Source of the DNA: an uncultured bacterium
GTDB lineage: Bacteria; Cyanobacteriota; Vampirovibrionia; Gastranaerophilales; Gastranaerophilaceae
Length of the DNA stretch: 64,000 nt
Assembly: GCA_958366705.1 (NCBI GenBank)
Contig: CATXCB010000003.1
Location: 16,193 to 80,192, forward strand
Direction: 5' to 3'
The notes under the pieces are model-generated. The model was given only the letters and a program-made list of their open reading frames with translations, was not told the DNA's origin and did no database searches. The translations under genes were made by a program, and so were the position numbers. Positions 58,294-64,000 of the stretch are shown one piece after another (position 1 is the stretch's first letter; each line of letters opens with the position of its first letter).

Positions 58294-59949
58294 ATGAGAA
58301 GTGATAATATAAAAAAAGGGATAGCACACACTCCACATAGAGGTCTGCTTATGGCTGCAGGTGTGAGCCGGAAAAATATGAATGCACCATTTATAGGTAT
58401 TGCAAGTTCGTTTACGGATTTGGTTCCCGGTCATGTTGGAATGCGCGACTTGGAAAGACAGATAGAAAAAGGTATACATACTGGAGGCGGACAGGCGTTT
58501 ATTTTCGGTGTTCCAGCTGTATGCGACGGTATTTCAATGGGACATGCCGGAATGCGTTATTCTCTTCCATCTAGAGATTTGATTGCTGACTGCGTAGAAA
58601 CTATGGCTGAAGCTCATCAGCTTGACGGGCTTGTACTTCTTTCAAATTGCGACAAAATTACTCCCGGAATGCTTATAGCCGCACTTCGATTAAATATTCC
58701 AACTATTATTGTGACGGCTGGTCCGATGCTTGATGGTGAAAGCAGGTGTGAAAAATTATCAATGATTAAGGCTTCATTTGAGGCTGTAGGCAAATTTAGA
58801 AGCGGTATGATTGATGAGAAAAGGCTTCTCGAACTGGAAGAAGAATCATGCCCGGGTGCTGGTTCCTGTCAGGGCATGTATACAGCTAACACTATGGCGT
58901 GCTTGACAGAAGTTATGGGGATGAGTTTGCCGTTATGTGCAACAGCATCTGCGGTTTCTGCTAAAAAACGCAGAATAGCTTTTGAAAGCGGAGTTCAAAT
59001 TGTCAATTTGGTTAAGCGTGATATAAAACCTCGCGATATAGTAGATAAAGATACTCTTAGAAACGCTATTATTTGTGATTTGGCGCTGGGTGGTTCTACA
59101 AATTCATTTTTACATATTCTTGCATTAGCTAATGCCGGAGATATTGATGTTTCATTGAAAGATTTTGAAGAATTAAGTCATAAAATTCATCAGGTCGTTA
59201 AATTAGATCCTGCAGGAGAGCCAACTATGACTGATTTTCACAAAGGCGGAGGAATTCCTGCATTATTAAAGACTCTCATGGATGCTGATATTGGTATAAT
59301 TGATAAAAATACAATCTGTGGTCTAAAACTATCCGAAATAACAAAAGAAGCTTATATTAATAAAAATTTAATTCATCCATATGATGAACCGTTTACCACT
59401 AAACCCGGGCTTGGAATTTTGTATGGCAATATCGCTCCAGATGGTTGTGTTACCAAGATTTCAGGAATTGATGAAAGCTGCTATGAATTTGAAGGGACGG
59501 CAAGAACATTTGATTCTGAAGAAGCGGCTATGTCAGCTTTAGAAAATGATGAAATCAAACACGGTGATGTTATCGTAATCAGGTACGAAGGCCCAAAGGG
59601 CGGACCGGGTATGCGCGAAATGCTTGCTCCTACCTCTTTACTTGTCGGTAAGGGATTGGGTAAAACGTGCGCTTTGATTACTGATGGAAGATTTTCTGGC
59701 GGGACAAGAGGTATATGTATAGGACATGTTTGTCCTGAAGCAGCTGAGGGCGGCAATATTGCCTTGATTGAAGATGGTGATAAAATTAGTATAGACATAA
59801 ATACAAGACAAATTACTCTCAATGTTTCTGATGAGATACTATCTGAGCGAAGAAAACATTTAAGACCATTTGTTTTGAAATGTAAATCCGGGTATCTTTC
59901 AAAATATGCAAAAAATGTACAGGATGCCTCACATGGTGCGATAGTTTAG
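58294..59949 (+). CDS. ilvD: dihydroxy-acid dehydratase
   Basis: [46 protein letters not shown] and SGGTRG motifs. Start chosen at the conserved MRSD; the track ORF begins at 58249. Confidence 0.9.
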   Translation: MRSDNIKKGIAHTPHRGLLMAAGVSRKNMNAPFIGIASSFTDLVPGHVGMRDLERQIEKGIHTGGGQAFIFGVPAVCDGISMGHAGMRYSLPSRDLIADCVETMAEAHQLDGLVLLSNCDKITPGMLIAALRLNIPTIIVTAGPMLDGESRCEKLSMIKASFEAVGKFRSGMIDEKRLLELEEESCPGAGSCQGMYTANTMACLTEVMGMSLPLCATASAVSAKKRRIAFESGVQIVNLVKRDIKPRDIVDKDTLRNAIICDLALGGSTNSFLHILALANAGDIDVSLKDFEELSHKIHQVVKLDPAGEPTMTDFHKGGGIPALLKTLMDADIGIIDKNTICGLKLSEITKEAYINKNLIHPYDEPFTTKPGLGILYGNIAPDGCVTKISGIDESCYEFEGTARTFDSEEAAMSALENDEIKHGDVIVIRYEGPKGGPGMREMLAPTSLLVGKGLGKTCALITDGRFSGGTRGICIGHVCPEAAEGGNIALIEDGDKISIDINTRQITLNVSDEILSERRKHLRPFVLKCKSGYLSKYAKNVQDASHGAIV

Positions 59950-59950
59950 G

Positions 59951-60679
59951 ATGGTAGATACAATGACTTTGAGTAATATAGATACTATAATAAAAGATAC
60001 AAAATTAGAACATATTGCAATTATCATGGACGGTAACAGGCGCTGGGCTAAAGAAAAAAATCTTCCGGGAGCGTTCGGACACAAAAAAGGGGTAGAAGCA
60101 TTAAAAACTACTTTGAGAGCCTGTAATGATTTTGGTATCAAGTATCTTACAGTTTATGCTTTTTCTACGGAAAATTGGAATAGAAAGCAGGAAGAAGTTG
60201 ATTTTTTAATGGATTTAGTTGCTGTTACTCTTACTAATGAACTGAAAGAAATGCATAATGAAAATGTAAAAATTAATTTTATTGGTGATTTATCACGTTT
60301 TAATAAAAATTTGCAAAAAATTTTATATAATGCTGTTGATACAACTAAAAACAACACAGGCGTTCATCTCCAAATAGCCTTGAATTATGGCTCCAGAGCA
60401 GAAATTGTTAATGCTGTAAAAAAAATAGTTGAAACTGGAGTTTCAGCGGATAAAATAACAGAAGACCTTATTAATGCAAATTTATACACACAAGGTCTAC
60501 CAGATCCAGATATATTGATTAGGACAGGAGGCGAACAGAGAATTTCAAATTACCTGCTCTGGCAGATTGCTTATTCTGAAATAATAATCAGGTTAGAATA
60601 CTGGCCGGATTTTGATAAGCAGGCGCTGAAAGAATCAATTCTTGAATTTGCAAAAAGACAGAGACGATATGGAAAATAA
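59951..60679 (+). CDS. uppS: isoprenyl transferase (undecaprenyl-diphosphate synthase)
   Basis: HIAIIMDGNRRWAKE and RTGGEQRISNYLLWQ motifs. Confidence 0.85.
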   Translation: MVDTMTLSNIDTIIKDTKLEHIAIIMDGNRRWAKEKNLPGAFGHKKGVEALKTTLRACNDFGIKYLTVYAFSTENWNRKQEEVDFLMDLVAVTLTNELKEMHNENVKINFIGDLSRFNKNLQKILYNAVDTTKNNTGVHLQIALNYGSRAEIVNAVKKIVETGVSADKITEDLINANLYTQGLPDPDILIRTGGEQRISNYLLWQIAYSEIIIRLEYWPDFDKQALKESILEFAKRQRRYGK

Positions 60680-61259
60680 CAACACAATGAAAATTGTATT
60701 TGCCACTGGTAATCCCCATAAATTAGCTGAAATTAATGCAATTTCAAGAGATTCGGGGATAGAATTTGTGCTTCCTCCTGCGGATTTCAATCCGGAAGAA
60801 AACGGAGTAACTTTTGAAGAAAATTCGTATATTAAAGCAAAAGAGGCTGCCAGATTATCAAAAACATTTTCCCTGGCAGATGATTCCGGATTATGTGTAG
60901 AAGCGCTCAACGGCGAACCCGGTATACATTCTGCTAGATATGCTTCCACCCCTCAAGCCAGAATAGATAAACTTCTAAAAAATCTTGCCCCACACGGTAA
61001 TAGAAATGCAAAATTTGTTTGTGCTATGACACTTGTAGATGAGTTTGGCAATATTCTGGACAAAGAAATCGGAGAGTGCTATGGCAAGATAACAAATATC
61101 CCATCAGGCATTAATGGATTTGGATATGACCCAGTATTCCTTGTAGACGGATATAATGTTACAATGGCAGATATGTCCGAGGAACTAAAGAATACAATTT
61201 CGCATAGAAGTATCGCTTTAAATAAAATTCTTAATTACATTAAAAATACTTTTATGTGA
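60669..61259 (+). CDS. rdgB: RdgB/HAM1 family non-canonical purine NTP pyrophosphatase
   Basis: KIVFATGNPHKLAEI, GIHSARY and GFGYDPVF motifs. Start is ambiguous (60642, 60669 or 60687); it overlaps the uppS 3' end. Confidence 0.8.
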   Translation: MENNNTMKIVFATGNPHKLAEINAISRDSGIEFVLPPADFNPEENGVTFEENSYIKAKEAARLSKTFSLADDSGLCVEALNGEPGIHSARYASTPQARIDKLLKNLAPHGNRNAKFVCAMTLVDEFGNILDKEIGECYGKITNIPSGINGFGYDPVFLVDGYNVTMADMSEELKNTISHRSIALNKILNYIKNTFM

Positions 61260-61347
61260 TTCTACTAAAATTAACCCGTACTTACCCGTTAAAATCTGTG
61301 GGTTAACTAAGGATACAAAAATTAAATAAACTATAAAGGGGATATTA

Positions 61348-62526
61348 TTGATGAAAAAAAAGATATTATTAATCTTAATAATTGCAATAGCAGCTGTGGC
61401 ACTGCGTTTTTTGTGGTCATCAGTTGGAAGTTTAATGAAACAGAAAGCAAGAACAACTATTGTTCCTCCAAATGTTGTTGTTGAAGATATAAAAGAGGAG
61501 AATGTTATTAGAAATTTTGAGGCACCGGGCAGAGTTGTTTCAAAATATCAAGTTAGCATTATGGCGCGTATTTCAGGCTATTTGCAAAAAAGCTTTTTTA
61601 AAGAGGGCGACTATGTAAAAGCCGGAGAAACTTTATTTTTAATAGAACCAGCCGAATATCAAAACGCGTCAAATGTTGCAGGTGCAAATATTCAAAATAT
61701 TAAAGCTCAGCTTGACTATGCTAATAAACAGCTTGCAAGAGCTGAAGAACTTGTTAAGCAGGATTATATTGCAAAATCTAAATATGATGAGATTCTGGCA
61801 AGCAGAAATGCTCTTCAAGCTCAATTAAAAGCGGCACAATCAACCTACAATGATACAAACAGAAATTTAAGCTATACAACAGTAAAAGCTCCTGTAGACG
61901 GGAGAATTGGTATTATTGATGTAACAGTCGGAAACTATGTTTCACCATCATCAGGTTCACTAACGACAATAAATAGCACCAATCCTATTTATGTTACGTT
62001 CCCGCTATCATCGGATGACTACACAGACATTTCAACAATTGATAATAAGGCTAATGAAAAAAGAAGAGTTGAATTATTTTTCCAAAATGGAGAAAAATAT
62101 AATTTAGAAGGTGTGCAAGACTTTTTAGACAATAAAGTTGATCAATCAACTGGTACTGTTACAATGCGAGCTACATTCCAAAATCCGGATAATAAACTTC
62201 TGCACGGAGAATTTGTGAATGTTAAAGTCTATGCTAATAATCCTGTAAAAGTTCCTGTAGTACCGGTAGTTGCGGTTCAGGAAAATCAAGAGGGAAAATA
62301 TGTATACAAGCTGGATGAGAAAAATCTTCCTGTGCTCACTTATATAAAAGTGCAGGGACAATCCGGAGAAAATTGGATTGTAAAAAATGGACTAAAAAAA
62401 GGCGACAAAGTTATTGTTGAAGGTATCTTGAAAGTTACACCGGGTAATCCTGTTAATATTGTTTCGAAAGAAAAAATGGACAGCTTAAAAAACAAACTAC
62501 ACATTGATTTAAATAAAAAGAAATAA
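61348..62526 (+). CDS. efflux RND transporter periplasmic adaptor subunit (membrane fusion protein)
   Basis: N-terminal TM segment, biotinyl/lipoyl-like and beta-barrel MFP architecture (VKAPVDGRIGIIDVTVGNYV). Confidence 0.8.
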   Translation: MMKKKILLILIIAIAAVALRFLWSSVGSLMKQKARTTIVPPNVVVEDIKEENVIRNFEAPGRVVSKYQVSIMARISGYLQKSFFKEGDYVKAGETLFLIEPAEYQNASNVAGANIQNIKAQLDYANKQLARAEELVKQDYIAKSKYDEILASRNALQAQLKAAQSTYNDTNRNLSYTTVKAPVDGRIGIIDVTVGNYVSPSSGSLTTINSTNPIYVTFPLSSDDYTDISTIDNKANEKRRVELFFQNGEKYNLEGVQDFLDNKVDQSTGTVTMRATFQNPDNKLLHGEFVNVKVYANNPVKVPVVPVVAVQENQEGKYVYKLDEKNLPVLTYIKVQGQSGENWIVKNGLKKGDKVIVEGILKVTPGNPVNIVSKEKMDSLKNKLHIDLNKKK

Positions 62527-62563
62527 GATAATTAAGTACTGAAAAATATATTTAGGGAGACTT

Positions 62564-64000
62564 ATGTCAGAAGAAAAACAAGGCAATTTATTTATAAAAA
62601 GACCGAAACTTGCAATTGTAATATCTTTAGCAATAATGCTTGCCGGTATTTTAATGATAAAAACTTTACCGCTTGAAGAGTATCCGTCTATTACTCCGCC
62701 TCAGGTTGTTGTGAGCGCCACATATGCAGGTGCCAGCTCAGACGTTATAGAATCTACAATTGCTGCCCCTGTTGAAGCTCAGCTTAACGGGGTGCAGGAT
62801 ATGATATATATGTCTTCAACTTCTCAGAACGGGTCATACACTTTGACTTTGTATTTTGAAGTTGGTTCTGATCCAGATATGGCAGTTGTTAACGTTCAAA
62901 ACCAATTGCAACTGGTAACTCCACGTCTGCCGGAAGAAGTTAAAAGGTATGGCTTATCTGTGAAAAAATCAACCGGCGGGCCCGGTTTGCTTTTGATATC
63001 AGTTAATTCTCCAAATAATTCTTATGATAATTTGTTTATCTCAAATTATGCAGATATCTTTATTAAAGACGAATTGGCGCGTATCAAAGGGGTTGGTAAA
63101 GTTGCAGTATTCGGATCTTCAAATTATTCTATGAGAATCTGGCTTGATGCTGCAAAAATGGCAAATTACGGCTTATCAACCAGCGAAATTACAGCTGCAA
63201 TTCAGTCGCAAAACATCCAATCTCCGGCAGGTGATTTGGGTGTTGAGCCAATGAAGCACAAACAGTTAATTAAACTAACAATGAGGACAAAAGGCAGGCT
63301 GAAAGATGTAAAGGAATTTGAGGATATTATTGTAAAATCACTTCCTAACGGGGCGCAAATCCGTTTAAAAGATGTAGCAAGAGTTGAACTCGGAGCCGAA
63401 AGTTATTCATTTTTCTCCCGTATAAGCGGCAACAATGCAGCAATTATTACTGTTAGTCAGTTACCGGAAGCAAATGCTATTGACTTATCTAATAAAATTC
63501 AAAATAGACTTAAAGAACTTAGTAAAACATTTCCAAAAGATATTGAATATAAAATTCAGCACGATGAGACAGAATTTGTGCGTGAATCTATTGATGAAGT
63601 AATAAGTGCCGTTGCTCTTGCGGTAATACTTGTATCAATAGTTACATATATGTTTTTAGGAACTGCCAGAGCTGCGTTTATCCCATTTTGTGCAATTCCG
63701 GTTTCCCTAATCGGTGTATTTATCTTTATGCACCTGTTCGGATTTTCAATAAATCTTTTGATTCTGTTCGGGCTTGTTCTGGCTGTTGGGCTTGTTGTAG
63801 ATGACGCTATTGTTGTACTTGAAAACACCCAGCGCCACATTCAGGAAGGTAAAGACGCAAAAACCGCTACTGAAATTACAATGAAAGAAGTTTTTGGTGC
63901 TGTACTTGCAACCTCTCTTGTATTGATGGCTGTATTTGTTCCTGTTTCATTTATGGGTGGAATTACTGGGCGTATGTTCAGGCAGTTTGCACTCTGTATT
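62564..64000 (+). CDS. RND multidrug efflux permease (AcrB/HAE1 family), partial (runs off window end)
   Basis: MSEEKQGNLFIKRPKLAIVISLAIMLAGILMIKTLPLEEYPSITPPQVVVSATYAGASSDVIES. RBS agggag upstream. Not in the ORF track because it is truncated. Confidence 0.85.
   Translation, partial: MSEEKQGNLFIKRPKLAIVISLAIMLAGILMIKTLPLEEYPSITPPQVVVSATYAGASSDVIESTIAAPVEAQLNGVQDMIYMSSTSQNGSYTLTLYFEVGSDPDMAVVNVQNQLQLVTPRLPEEVKRYGLSVKKSTGGPGLLLISVNSPNNSYDNLFISNYADIFIKDELARIKGVGKVAVFGSSNYSMRIWLDAAKMANYGLSTSEITAAIQSQNIQSPAGDLGVEPMKHKQLIKLTMRTKGRLKDVKEFEDIIVKSLPNGAQIRLKDVARVELGAESYSFFSRISGNNAAIITVSQLPEANAIDLSNKIQNRLKELSKTFPKDIEYKIQHDETEFVRESIDEVISAVALAVILVSIVTYMFLGTARAAFIPFCAIPVSLIGVFIFMHLFGFSINLLILFGLVLAVGLVVDDAIVVLENTQRHIQEGKDAKTATEITMKEVFGAVLATSLVLMAVFVPVSFMGGITGRMFRQFALCI

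Overview
This is a low-GC (~30%), gene-dense bacterial chromosomal window. The pilin-like N-termini (FTLAEVLITLGIIGVVAA prepilin motif) and overall gene content suggest a diderm, non-photosynthetic Cyanobacteria-like (Melainabacteria/Vampirovibrionia-like) or similar organism; this is inference only. Housekeeping genes recognised from sequence: rpsL-rpsG, pgi, trxB, wecB, sdaAB/sdaAA, RNase E/G, murI, a class-B PBP, murE, ilvD, uppS, rdgB, the start of an RND efflux operon, tRNA-Leu(TAA) and tRNA-Arg(ACG). Three things stand out. (1) A 12-gene, tightly packed minus-strand operon (20.4-33.7 kb) that looks like an uncharacterised nucleotide-sugar / glycan-decoration system. It encodes a KDPG-aldolase-like protein, a PfkB kinase, two pyruvyl transferases (one fused to an F420-dehydrogenase-beta-like FeS domain), an MsbA-like ABC exporter, two paralogous GT9-like proteins, a fused nucleotidyltransferase-APH-like kinase, a HAD phosphatase, a type-I PMI and an Rpe-like epimerase. 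(2) A ~110-bp near-perfect inverted repeat carrying a G9/C8 homopolymer, with each copy next to a paralogous inward-facing pilin-like gene, brackets a 22-kb segment full of essential genes. (3) A family of short palindromic MITE/REP-like elements recurs at at least five intergenic loci. Also present are two paralogous TIGR03960-like radical SAM proteins (one fused to a DUF2344-like domain directly upstream of RNase E/G), a divergent Hcp/prismane-like protein and an orphan LeuD-like protein. No CRISPR array, rRNA or obvious transposase/integrase was seen.
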